This document shows, one piece after another, positions 26,780 through 34,563 of a stretch of DNA of 34,563 nt. Location of the stretch: the NCBI GenBank assembly GCA_032128115.1, contig JAQBHB010000062.1, forward strand, positions 1 through 34,563, read 5' to 3'. The position numbers and the translations under genes are program-made. This DNA is from Deltaproteobacteria bacterium. Lineage in GTDB: Bacteria; Myxococcota_A; UBA9160; SMWR01. Position 1 is the first letter of the stretch, and each line of letters begins with the position of its first letter. Below the pieces are notes generated by a model, which saw only the letters and a program-made list of their open reading frames with translations, was not told the origin of the DNA and did no database searches.

Positions 26780-28312
26780 CTAGACCGAAGGTCCTTGCCA
26801 GAATCCGGGCGCGCGGTCGTGGATGTGGCGGGCGGCCTGGATGCCCGAGGCGATGACGCCGTAGACGCCGCCGCCCGGCCGTGTCCAGTGCCCGGCCAGG
26901 TAGAGGCCAGCGATCTCGGTCTCGTTCCCCGGCCGGCCCGGACCCACCTGCTGGGGCGTCACCGCGAAGCCGTAGGCGGCCCCGCCCGGATTCCGGGTGT
27001 AGCGCTCCAGGGTGCGGGGAGTGGCGCCCTCGGCGAACAACAGGTGGTCGCGCAGCCCCGGGAAACGCGCGTCGGCGGCGCTCAACAGGCGTTCGGTGAA
27101 GCGCTCCTTTTCGGCGCGCCAATCCACGCCCCCGCCCGACGGGACCAGCGTGGTGAGTGTCATCAGGTGCTGCCCGGCCGGCGCGAGCCCCGGATCGGCA
27201 AGCGTGGGAATCGTGGCCGTGAACCAGCTCGGCTCCGCCGCCTCGACGCCGCGAAACGCCTCTTCGTGGCTCCACCCGGTGTAGAAGAAGTTCTCGTGCC
27301 CCGGCTGGAACTCCGTGAGATCCAGGTCGGTTGCGGCATACACCACGAAGGCGGACACCGATCGATCGAGCCTCGCCAGCCGGGCCCGACTGCGGGTCCC
27401 GAGGGCCTCGCTGCCCACCAGCTCCTCCAGCGTCTGGCGCACGTCGGCGTTCGAGACCACCACCGGCGCGTCCACCCGTTGGCCGTTCTCGAGCACCACG
27501 CCGGACACGCATCCGTTCCGGACCACGATGCGGCGCACCGGGCTGCGATACAGGATCTCGCCGCCGCTGGACTGCAGGGCCACCACCAGAGCCCGCGCCA
27601 GGTTCTGGAAGCTGCCGCGGCAGTAGTAGGAACCGTCGGCCACGTAGGTCATGAGCATGGTGGCCCAGTACAGGAAGGACACGCGGCTCGGCGGCAACCC
27701 CAGGTAGGGCCAGAGGCTGGCGAACAGGGCCCGCAAGCGGGGCTCCTCCAGGCGCGACGCCATCACATCGGCCAGGGTCGCCCGACGGTAACGACGCACG
27801 CTGGGAAACTGGTTGGGCACGCGGAGCGCATCCAGAGGCGACGACAGCGCCTCTATCTGGCTCATCTCGCGACGGATGTCGAAGCAGTCCTGCACGAGCT
27901 GCTGCAGGCCCTTCTCCTCGGCTGGAAACAGCCGTGCGTGAGCCGCCACGAACTCCTCCAGGCGCGAGGGAACGCGCAGGCTCAGATCCGGGTAGTGGGC
28001 CACATAGCAGGGCTCCACCCGTTCGAACTCGCAGCGGTCTCGCACTCCCAGACCCTCCAGCAGGCGGTGCACCAGTCCGCCGCCCTCGAAGGTCACGGGC
28101 TCGCAGCCGCCCACCAGGTGCACGGCCGAATCGAAGAGGAATCTCCCTCGCCGGAAGGCATGGGCATAGCCACCGGGACGGTCGTGGCGCTCGACCACCA
28201 GGACGCTGCGACCGGAGCGGGCCAGCAGGGCCGCGACCGTCAGGCCCCCGATGCCGCTTCCCACCACGATCACGTCGTATGCATCGCGCCGGGCTTCTGC
28301 GTGGAAACGCAC
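26780..28312 (-). CDS. FAD-dependent oxidoreductase, phytoene desaturase (CrtI)/retinol saturase-like family
   Basis: YDVIVVGSGIGG, VERHDRPGGYAH.F.R..F.FD, VVSNAD, DPGLAPAG, ATPRTLERYTRNPGGAAYG, GLYLAGHWTRPGGG; GTG overlaps halogenase TAG. Confidence 0.88.
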   Translation of the reverse strand: MRFHAEARRDAYDVIVVGSGIGGLTVAALLARSGRSVLVVERHDRPGGYAHAFRRGRFLFDSAVHLVGGCEPVTFEGGGLVHRLLEGLGVRDRCEFERVEPCYVAHYPDLSLRVPSRLEEFVAAHARLFPAEEKGLQQLVQDCFDIRREMSQIEALSSPLDALRVPNQFPSVRRYRRATLADVMASRLEEPRLRALFASLWPYLGLPPSRVSFLYWATMLMTYVADGSYYCRGSFQNLARALVVALQSSGGEILYRSPVRRIVVRNGCVSGVVLENGQRVDAPVVVSNADVRQTLEELVGSEALGTRSRARLARLDRSVSAFVVYAATDLDLTEFQPGHENFFYTGWSHEEAFRGVEAAEPSWFTATIPTLADPGLAPAGQHLMTLTTLVPSGGGVDWRAEKERFTERLLSAADARFPGLRDHLLFAEGATPRTLERYTRNPGGAAYGFAVTPQQVGPGRPGNETEIAGLYLAGHWTRPGGGVYGVIASGIQAARHIHDRAPGFWQGPSV

Positions 28313-29562
28313 TAGTACACCTTCAGTGCTTTCGGATCCTCGTGTCGGATCCCGTGCTGGATCATGAAGTCCAGCATGCCCAGGCTGTAGCGCTTCGTCG
28401 TCGCTTCGCCGGTGAAGACCCTTGGCATGTGCTTGGCGAAGTGGAAGTCCAACAGGCGCCCGGGCACGGTCTCGCGCATGGCCTCGCCCACGCGGATCAG
28501 CGTGAACAACCTGCCGTCGTACCAGTAGCTCGCCACCCGCTGCCAGCCGGTCAGGTGGCGCGTCACGTGAGACTCGTAGCGTTGCAGGGCGCGATCGCCT
28601 CCCCGCAGCAACGCACCGGCCAGCTCCGTGGCGCCGTCCATACCGATCAGCATACCGCTGGAAAAAACGGGATCGACGAAACCGAATGCGTCGCCCACCA
28701 ACGCCCATCCATCACCCGCGCCTCGCCGGGTGATCGACTGGTAGTTCGTGTACTTGACCACCGGCGTGAGCCGTTCTGCGTTCCGCGCCCAGATGCGCGT
28801 CATGGGATCGTGACGCAGGAAGGCGTCGAACTGCTCCTCCACCCCCGCGCCGAACTCACGCAGGTGATCCGACGGCACCACCAGGCCCACCGAAACCCGG
28901 CCCTGCAGCGGGATCCGCCAGCCCCAGCCCCGCGACAGGCGATCGGTGTGGACGTTGCCCTCCACCTCGAGCGCAATGCCGGAACAGTGCGCGTGCAACG
29001 CAGTGTCGCGGCGGGAGCCGATCTCCGTGGGCAGATGCAGCAGCCGCGCGATCAGACGCGAGCGGCCCGTGGCATCCACGATGAAGTCCGGCGAGGTCGA
29101 AAACAATCCCTTGGTCGCTGCCAGGCTGTCCTCGGCGAGGCGCAAGCGGTCTCCCGCTCCGACCCGCTCGACCCGGGCGCTGTGATCGAAGACGTGGGCG
29201 CCGGCCGCAATCGCCGCCTTGCGCACCGAGGCGTCGAAGAGATCGCGGGGCACGTTCCAGGAGTAGGGCGTGCGGGCCTTGCGCACCTCGTCGAAGCGCA
29301 GGCTGATGACGTCACCCGGCCCCAGGCAGAACGTGGCCCCGGGCTTGTAGACGCTGTACGACTTGACCTCTTCCTCGATTCCTAGCTGGCGCAGGAAGGG
29401 GACGATGGCGGGAACCAGCGACTCGCCGATCACGATCGGGGGGCGCTTTCCGCGCGCGAACAGGGCGACGCTGACGCCCCGACGCGCCAGCAGAGCCGCG
29501 ACCGTGGCGCCGGCGGGGCCGTCGCCGATGACCGCCACGGTACGGACACGTCGTTGCGGCAT
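28312..29562 (-). CDS. Flavin-dependent halogenase-like enzyme (PltA/CmlS-type architecture)
   Basis: GDGPAG, IGESL, Lys73 in VYKPGATF, VPRDLFD, DATGR, WGWRIPL (WxWxIP), GDAFGFVDPVFSSG. Confidence 0.8.
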   Translation of the reverse strand: MPQRRVRTVAVIGDGPAGATVAALLARRGVSVALFARGKRPPIVIGESLVPAIVPFLRQLGIEEEVKSYSVYKPGATFCLGPGDVISLRFDEVRKARTPYSWNVPRDLFDASVRKAAIAAGAHVFDHSARVERVGAGDRLRLAEDSLAATKGLFSTSPDFIVDATGRSRLIARLLHLPTEIGSRRDTALHAHCSGIALEVEGNVHTDRLSRGWGWRIPLQGRVSVGLVVPSDHLREFGAGVEEQFDAFLRHDPMTRIWARNAERLTPVVKYTNYQSITRRGAGDGWALVGDAFGFVDPVFSSGMLIGMDGATELAGALLRGGDRALQRYESHVTRHLTGWQRVASYWYDGRLFTLIRVGEAMRETVPGRLLDFHFAKHMPRVFTGEATTKRYSLGMLDFMIQHGIRHEDPKALKVY

Positions 29563-29570
29563 GCCGGCGG

Positions 29571-29599
29571 ACCATAATGCAGGGCTTCCGGGCGATCAA
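29571..29599 (-). promoter_or_regulatory. Sigma70-type promoter TTGATC-N17-TATGGT, 8 nt before the halogenase ATG
   Basis: -35 at 29594-29599, -10 at 29571-29576, no SD sequence. Confidence 0.5.
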
Positions 29600-29684
29600 T
29601 TCGCCCTCCCGGCGGCTTCCTTGAAAAGTGCCAGGGAGGGTGCGACACCTTCGCCGACGCGCCCGAGGCGCCAGAGGGGGAAAC

Positions 29685-29957
29685 ATGACGTCGGAGACCG
29701 CCGGTTGGACGCGGACGGCCCTGGTAGAACGGGTGTTCTCGATCCTGCGCGACGATCTCCTGGATGTGGGAGTGGACTTCACGCCCCAGTCGAACCTGGT
29801 GGAGGCGGGACTCGACTCCCTCGCCGTCACCCAGCTCATGCTGGCCATCGAAGAAAGTGCCGGCGTCTGGGTCGACGAGAGCCTGCTCACCCCGGAGAAC
29901 CTCGAGAGCGCCGAGTCACTCGCGGCCTGTGTGTATGACCAGCTCGCGAGCGCCTGA
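29685..29957 (+). CDS. Acyl/peptidyl carrier protein
   Basis: 90 aa, acidic, NLVEAGLDSLAVTQL phosphopantetheine-Ser motif, LTPENL; GAGGGGG RBS. Confidence 0.92.
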   Translation: MTSETAGWTRTALVERVFSILRDDLLDVGVDFTPQSNLVEAGLDSLAVTQLMLAIEESAGVWVDESLLTPENLESAESLAACVYDQLASA

Positions 29958-31299
29958 TGCCATTCCGCTGACCGGCGCCGACTGCTTTCTTCGCGCCTTC
30001 GACGCCGAGGGACGGCGCTACAACGGCTCGAGTCACCTGGCCCAGCTGGTATTGCGGCTGGGCCCTGGGCTCGACCCGGAAACCCTCGGTGCTCGGATCG
30101 TCGAGGCGGCTGCCGCCAATCCCGTGCTTTCCTCTCCCATCGGGCGCCGTTTCGGAGTGGGAGCGCCGGAATACCGCACGCGCCAAGCGCCCCGCTGCGC
30201 TCCGCCACGACTCCAGGTGCATCGGGCCGACGCCCCTGCGTGGGTCGCTCCCGGCGCCGCGCCCGTGCCGCCGGTCTTCTTCGAGCGCCTCAACGACCGC
30301 TTCGATCCCCGGCGGGGAGATCTGCTGCGTCTGGATCTGGTGGTCTACCCGGACGCGGCTGCCGACCTGGCGTTCACGTGGCTCCACATGCTGTTCGACG
30401 GCTCCGGGAGCGAGCGCTTCGTGGCATGGCTCGACGCCTACCATCGAGGAGAAGCCGGTGCCGATGCCCCCAGCGCGTCGGATGCAGAGATCCGGGCGAA
30501 GCAGCCGCCGATCCCGCTCGGCTCGCGGGACCGCGGGCAGCAGGCCATGCGCTGGCAGGGGTTCGTGCGCGGCATGGCGCAACACCCTCCCCGCTCCCTG
30601 GCCGGTGGCCGGCGACGCGTGCCCCAGGACCTGCGTTACCGGGTCGTCACGCTGGATCCGGCACGGACCCGCGTCGTCACGGAACGCGCCAGCGCCCTGG
30701 CCGGATTCCTGACTCCCATGTTGTTCTACCTGGCGGCCAGCATTCGTGCACACGCCGCGGTCTTCCAGGCGCGGAACCAGCAACCCGGGAGCTACGTGGT
30801 CCCGCTCCCGGTGAACCTGCGAGCCAAGGGCGGCGTGGGCGCCACGTTCCGCACCCACGTCTCGCTGGTGTGGTTCCAGGTGGTGCCGGAGCAGGTCGGC
30901 GACCTCGAGGAGCTGATCGAAGAGCTCAAATCCCAGCGTCGACGCGTCATCAAGGAAGGCCTGATCGAGGCGGGAACCGCCGCCATGGACTTTGCCCGCT
31001 ACGCGCCGTCCCGCGTCTACGCCGCCATGGCCCGCCGCACGCTGCGGGGAGAACTCTGCTCGTTCTTCTTCGCCTACACGGATCAGTTCCTGCCCGGCCT
31101 CGATCACTTCTTCGGAGCCGAGATCCGCGGCGGCTTCCCGGCACCCTCGGTGCCGGCATCACCCGGGAGCGGTGCCATCGTGTGCCTGCGAGGCGATCGT
31201 CTCAACTTCACGCATGTCTACCAGCGAAGCGCACTCCACGACGACGAGCTCGATTGCTTTCGCGACCGCTTCATCGGCGATCTGCTGGGAAGCTCCTGA
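29935..31299 (+). CDS. Stand-alone condensation-domain-like / CoA-dependent acyltransferase
   Basis: IPLTGAD N-terminus, FTWLHMLFDGSG (HxxxDG), VPLPVNLR; about 450 aa, the size of one C-domain; overlaps ACP 3' end. Confidence 0.72.
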   Translation: MTSSRAPDAIPLTGADCFLRAFDAEGRRYNGSSHLAQLVLRLGPGLDPETLGARIVEAAAANPVLSSPIGRRFGVGAPEYRTRQAPRCAPPRLQVHRADAPAWVAPGAAPVPPVFFERLNDRFDPRRGDLLRLDLVVYPDAAADLAFTWLHMLFDGSGSERFVAWLDAYHRGEAGADAPSASDAEIRAKQPPIPLGSRDRGQQAMRWQGFVRGMAQHPPRSLAGGRRRVPQDLRYRVVTLDPARTRVVTERASALAGFLTPMLFYLAASIRAHAAVFQARNQQPGSYVVPLPVNLRAKGGVGATFRTHVSLVWFQVVPEQVGDLEELIEELKSQRRRVIKEGLIEAGTAAMDFARYAPSRVYAAMARRTLRGELCSFFFAYTDQFLPGLDHFFGAEIRGGFPAPSVPASPGSGAIVCLRGDRLNFTHVYQRSALHDDELDCFRDRFIGDLLGSS

Positions 31300-31301
31300 C
31301 C

Positions 31302-32600
31302 GTGCCGGAGCCCGCAGCGTTCGACGTGGCAGTCATCGGGGGCGGATCCGCCGGGGTCGCCGCCGCCCTGGCCGCCTCGCAGCAGGGCGCGCGCACGCTT
31401 CTGGCGGAGCGCGACCCGCTACTTGGAGGCAATGTCAGCGCTGCCCTGGTCCACACCATCTGCGGTCTGTACCTGGCAACCGGGGACGGACCGGCGGAAT
31501 ATGCGCACGCCGGACTGCCGCGCCGATTCGCGGAGGGGCTGCGAGCGGCCGGGGGAGCTGGCGGGCCGGAGCGCGCGGGTCGGGTCTGGTTCCTGCCCAT
31601 GCGTCCGCCCGTGTTCGCGGACTACGCCGCAAAGCTGTGCGCAAATCGCCCCGGACTGGACGTTCGCACCGGAACCCGGCTGGTGGGGGCCCGGCTGGCA
31701 GCGGACTCCGAGTCGGAACTGGAACTCGCCGGCGCCGACGGCCGACACGAGCGGCTCGGGGCCCGCATCGTGATCGACACGACGGGCGATGCGGCGGTTG
31801 CAGACCTGGGAGGCGCCGAGCTGGCCGTCGATCCGGGCGATGCCCTCCAGCATCCCTCCTACATCTTCGAGATGGCCGACGTGGACACCGCCGAGCTGGT
31901 GGGCTTCACGCGACTCCAGATGAGCTACGCCGTGGCCGGCGCCGTCCGCAGCGGCGACCTGCCCTCGGGTTGCGAATCCGTGGTGGCGCGCGCCAGCGGC
32001 GAACCCGGCGCGGTGTACGTGACGCTTGGCGTGCCCAAGCTGCCGGAGCGTCCCTACGCCCCTCTCGATCCGGACTATCGCGAGGCGCTCGAAGCCAGCG
32101 CGCGGCGCAGCGCGGAGGCCGTGGCACGCTTCCTGCGGGAAACGCGGCCCGCCTTCCGCGGGAGCCGGGTGAGCCGCTGGCCACAACGGATCGGAATTCG
32201 CGAAACCCGCCGCCTGCGCGGGCGCGTGGAACTCGACCGCGACCACGTGCTCCGCGGCCAGCGATGCGACGACGAAGTGGCCGTGTCGACCTGGCCCATC
32301 GAGCTCTGGCACGACCACCGGCGCGCCACCTTCGAGTATCCCGAGTCGGCGTGCTCGGTTCCGCTCGCGGCATTGGTGAGCCGCTCCCACCCGCGCCTGG
32401 GAATGGCGGGGCGTTGCCTTTCGGCGAGCCACGAAGCCCACGGCGCCCTGCGCGTGATCGGCACGTCCATGGCCACCGGCGAGGCCATCGGAACCGCGGC
32501 CGCCCTGGCCGCCGACGGAAATCTCAGCCTGGCCGAGATTGCGCCCGCGCAGGTACGCGCAACCCTGTCCCGAGACGGCGAACGGGAGAATCGGCGATGA
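31302..32600 (+). CDS. FAD-dependent oxidoreductase (FAD_oxidored/PF12831-like)
   Basis: DVAVIGGGSAGVAAA, ERDPLLGG, IDTTGDA, IGIRETRR, AGRCLSASHEA..ALRV..T.MATGEAIG.AAA. Confidence 0.85.
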   Translation: MPEPAAFDVAVIGGGSAGVAAALAASQQGARTLLAERDPLLGGNVSAALVHTICGLYLATGDGPAEYAHAGLPRRFAEGLRAAGGAGGPERAGRVWFLPMRPPVFADYAAKLCANRPGLDVRTGTRLVGARLAADSESELELAGADGRHERLGARIVIDTTGDAAVADLGGAELAVDPGDALQHPSYIFEMADVDTAELVGFTRLQMSYAVAGAVRSGDLPSGCESVVARASGEPGAVYVTLGVPKLPERPYAPLDPDYREALEASARRSAEAVARFLRETRPAFRGSRVSRWPQRIGIRETRRLRGRVELDRDHVLRGQRCDDEVAVSTWPIELWHDHRRATFEYPESACSVPLAALVSRSHPRLGMAGRCLSASHEAHGALRVIGTSMATGEAIGTAAALAADGNLSLAEIAPAQVRATLSRDGERENRR

Positions 32601-34051
32601 CGGTGATCGACCGGATTCGCGATCGCGCGGCGCAGGCCGGCGACCGGCCGGCCATACAAGTTGACGGCGGCCTACGCGGAGAGGTTGACGGAGACCTACG
32701 CGGAGACGCGATTGTCACGTACGCGGACCTGGTGGCTAGATTCGACGACCACGCGGATCGCCTTCGCCGCGCGGGCGTCGTCAGCGGCGACCGGGTGGGG
32801 CTCATGGCGCGCCAGGGCTCCGGTTTCATCGAGGCGGCGCTGGGCGTGCTGGCGGCCGACGCGTGTGTGGTTCCGATTCCCGACGACGCCAAGGGCCCGG
32901 TGCTCGACGAGTTCGCCAGGCGCGCCCACCTGCAGCATCTGCTGCGCGAGGACGAGGGTTTTGAGTGCCGCACGCTCGCCGGCGTGCCGCCCCTGGACGG
33001 AGACGGGGACGAGGCGTTCCGGGCGCTGCACCCGGCGTATCTCCGCTTCACGTCGGGAACCACCAGCGAGCGCAAGGGGGTGATCCTGGGGCACGACACC
33101 ATCGAGGCTCGACTGGCGGCGGCCAACCGGGGCCTGGCCATCGGACCTGGCGATCGCATCCTGTGGCTACTTCCCATGGCCCACCACTTCGTGGTGTCGA
33201 TCCTGCTCTATCTGCGCTACGGCGCCAGCCTGCTGTTGCCGCGCGGGCCGCTGGCGCGAACCGTGCTGGAATTCTGCCAGCGCTCGGCTCCCAGCGTGCT
33301 CTACGCCTCCCCCTATCACTTCAACCTCCTGGCAAAGGACATCTCGGACGCGAAGCTCCCCGGCGTTCGTCTGGCAATCTCCACCGGCGACGGCCTGCGC
33401 GTCGAGATCGCCGGGCGCTTTCGCGAACGCTTCGGATTCCCGCTGGGGCAGGCCCTGGGCATCATCGAGGTGGGGCTGCCCGCGATGAATCTCGAGCACG
33501 CCGACACCAAGCCAGGAGCCCTGGGTCGACCGCTCCCAGACTTCGACATCTGGCTCCGCGGCGACGACGGCCGCCGACTCGAGGGAGAGACCTCGCCCAC
33601 ACGTTCGGGCGAGATCTGCATTCGCGGCCCTGGGCTCTTCGACGCCTACCTGGATCCCTGGACGCCGGCGCCGCGGCTGCTTGAGCCCGACGGCTTTCGC
33701 ACCGGCGACCAGGGCTGGTTCGACTCCGATGGCGATCTCCACCTGGTGGGTCGACGCGCGAACCGAATCAACATGGCCGGCATGAAATTCTTCAGTGAGG
33801 AGGTGGAGGCCGTGCTCGACCGCCACCCGGCCATCGGGCGCAGTCGGGTCTTCGGTCGCGCTCATGTCCATCTGGGAGAGATCCCAGTGGCCGAGATCGT
33901 GCTGCGCAATCCGGGCCACGCGCCGTCGCGTCGGGACCTGAATGCCCACTGCCGCAAGGCGCTCGAGACCTTCAAGATCCCGCGGGAATTCGTGGTGGTA
34001 GACGATCTCGCGCGGACCGAGACCGGCAAGCTGAGGCGTACGCTTCAGTAG
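32597..34051 (+). CDS. Class I adenylate-forming enzyme (acyl-CoA/acyl-ACP ligase-like)
   Basis: FTSGTTSERKG P-loop, GEICIRG, FRTGDQG, GR...IN.AG, EVEAVL..HP, TETGKL; ATGA overlap. Confidence 0.9.
   Translation: MTVIDRIRDRAAQAGDRPAIQVDGGLRGEVDGDLRGDAIVTYADLVARFDDHADRLRRAGVVSGDRVGLMARQGSGFIEAALGVLAADACVVPIPDDAKGPVLDEFARRAHLQHLLREDEGFECRTLAGVPPLDGDGDEAFRALHPAYLRFTSGTTSERKGVILGHDTIEARLAAANRGLAIGPGDRILWLLPMAHHFVVSILLYLRYGASLLLPRGPLARTVLEFCQRSAPSVLYASPYHFNLLAKDISDAKLPGVRLAISTGDGLRVEIAGRFRERFGFPLGQALGIIEVGLPAMNLEHADTKPGALGRPLPDFDIWLRGDDGRRLEGETSPTRSGEICIRGPGLFDAYLDPWTPAPRLLEPDGFRTGDQGWFDSDGDLHLVGRRANRINMAGMKFFSEEVEAVLDRHPAIGRSRVFGRAHVHLGEIPVAEIVLRNPGHAPSRRDLNAHCRKALETFKIPREFVVVDDLARTETGKLRRTLQ
32660..32707. 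repeat. In-frame 24-bp imperfect tandem duplication (VDGGLRGE / VDGDLRGD)
   Basis: GTTGACGGCGGCCTACGCGGAGAG followed by GTTGACGGAGACCTACGCGGAGAC. Confidence 0.85.
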
Positions 34052-34563
34052 CCCTGACTACGCGAATCGGAGACCGTCACCACCACCGCGTCGTAATCGC
34101 ACCATCCGTTGCGCAGGTGGATCTCGCCGCCCGGCGCCGCGGGAAACTCCACCGAGACGGCGCCCTCCGGACGACCACGGACCCGCTCGAAGACGCGACT
34201 GGTGAGCCTACCGCCCCACCAGAATTCGGTGATCCGGGTTCCTTCGCGAACCGCCTGGGTCGCGCTCTCGTAGAAGGGTGCGGACTGGAGAGTGGCGAAC
34301 TCGATGCGGTGGATGTCGCGCAGGATGTTGCGCGGCGGCAGGGGCGAAGCCCGCCCCAGCAGATCGTGCACCTCCACCCGGGTTCCCCGCTGGGTCAGCA
34401 CGAACGCCTTGGCGCCCAGGGTCGTGAAGCCCACCACCACCAGCTCGTCGCCACTCTTCTGCACGGCCAGGTCGAATCCAGCGTTCACGGAGCCGGAGGT
34501 CACGCGCATGCGCTGGCTCACCACGAAGTCGCCGGGGATCTCGCCGGTGGGAACCAGGAAGCC
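34045..34563 (-). CDS. DUF3261-like protein, 5' end outside window (partial)
   Basis: Frame is open to the window edge; Q..R....FDLAVQ..GDELVVVGFTTLGAKAFVLTQ.G...PPRNILRDI pattern resembles DUF3261. Confidence 0.55.
   Translation of the reverse strand, partial: GFLVPTGEIPGDFVVSQRMRVTSGSVNAGFDLAVQKSGDELVVVGFTTLGAKAFVLTQRGTRVEVHDLLGRASPLPPRNILRDIHRIEFATLQSAPFYESATQAVREGTRITEFWWGGRLTSRVFERVRGRPEGAVSVEFPAAPGGEIHLRNGWCDYDAVVVTVSDSRSQGY

Noticed and set aside
26780..28312. Carotenoid biosynthesis (crtI)
   Set aside because: No crtB or crtE in the window and the gene is coupled to a halogenase, so no symbol was assigned
30240..34051. 786-aa and 1019-aa ORFs as multidomain NRPS-like proteins
   Set aside because: Their N-terminal parts are alternative frames of upstream genes; real starts are at 31302 and 32597
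1..34563. Mobile elements, tRNA or rRNA genes, defence systems
   Set aside because: No transposase, integrase, phage, nuclease or tRNA/rRNA signatures seen; composition looks uniform by eye

Overview
High-GC bacterial chromosomal window; gene content (MshEN-only protein, DUF3604, sulfatase-like lipoprotein, paired FadE-type acyl-CoA dehydrogenases) suggests a Myxococcota-like organism, which is inference only. 1-9.8 kb is the distal division/cell-wall (dcw) cluster: 'mraY-murD-ftsW-murG-murC-murB-ftsQ-ftsA-ftsZ, with no ddl. 9.9-26.2 kb holds housekeeping and lipid/envelope genes: enoyl-CoA hydratase, YqeY, a candidate 28-aa membrane peptide, ndk, a GT-C-like membrane protein, a Thr-type sulfatase-like lipoprotein, three acyl-CoA dehydrogenases, DUF3604, a quinone oxidoreductase, an MshEN-domain protein, an outer-membrane barrel and an HxlR-SCP2 regulator. 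The RNase P RNA gene follows. From 26.8 kb to the end lies a compact divergent carrier-protein biosynthetic cluster: flavin-dependent halogenase-like enzyme plus CrtI-like oxidoreductase on one arm; ACP, stand-alone condensation-like acyltransferase, FAD oxidoreductase and an atypical adenylating enzyme on the other, flanked by a DUF3261-like gene. This cluster is the best candidate for an undescribed system. The window also shows a striking density of short two-copy tandem duplications at gene boundaries and a shared CGAAAC-N14-GTTTCG dyad upstream of two neighbouring genes. All family calls come from motif recognition by eye; no searches were run.
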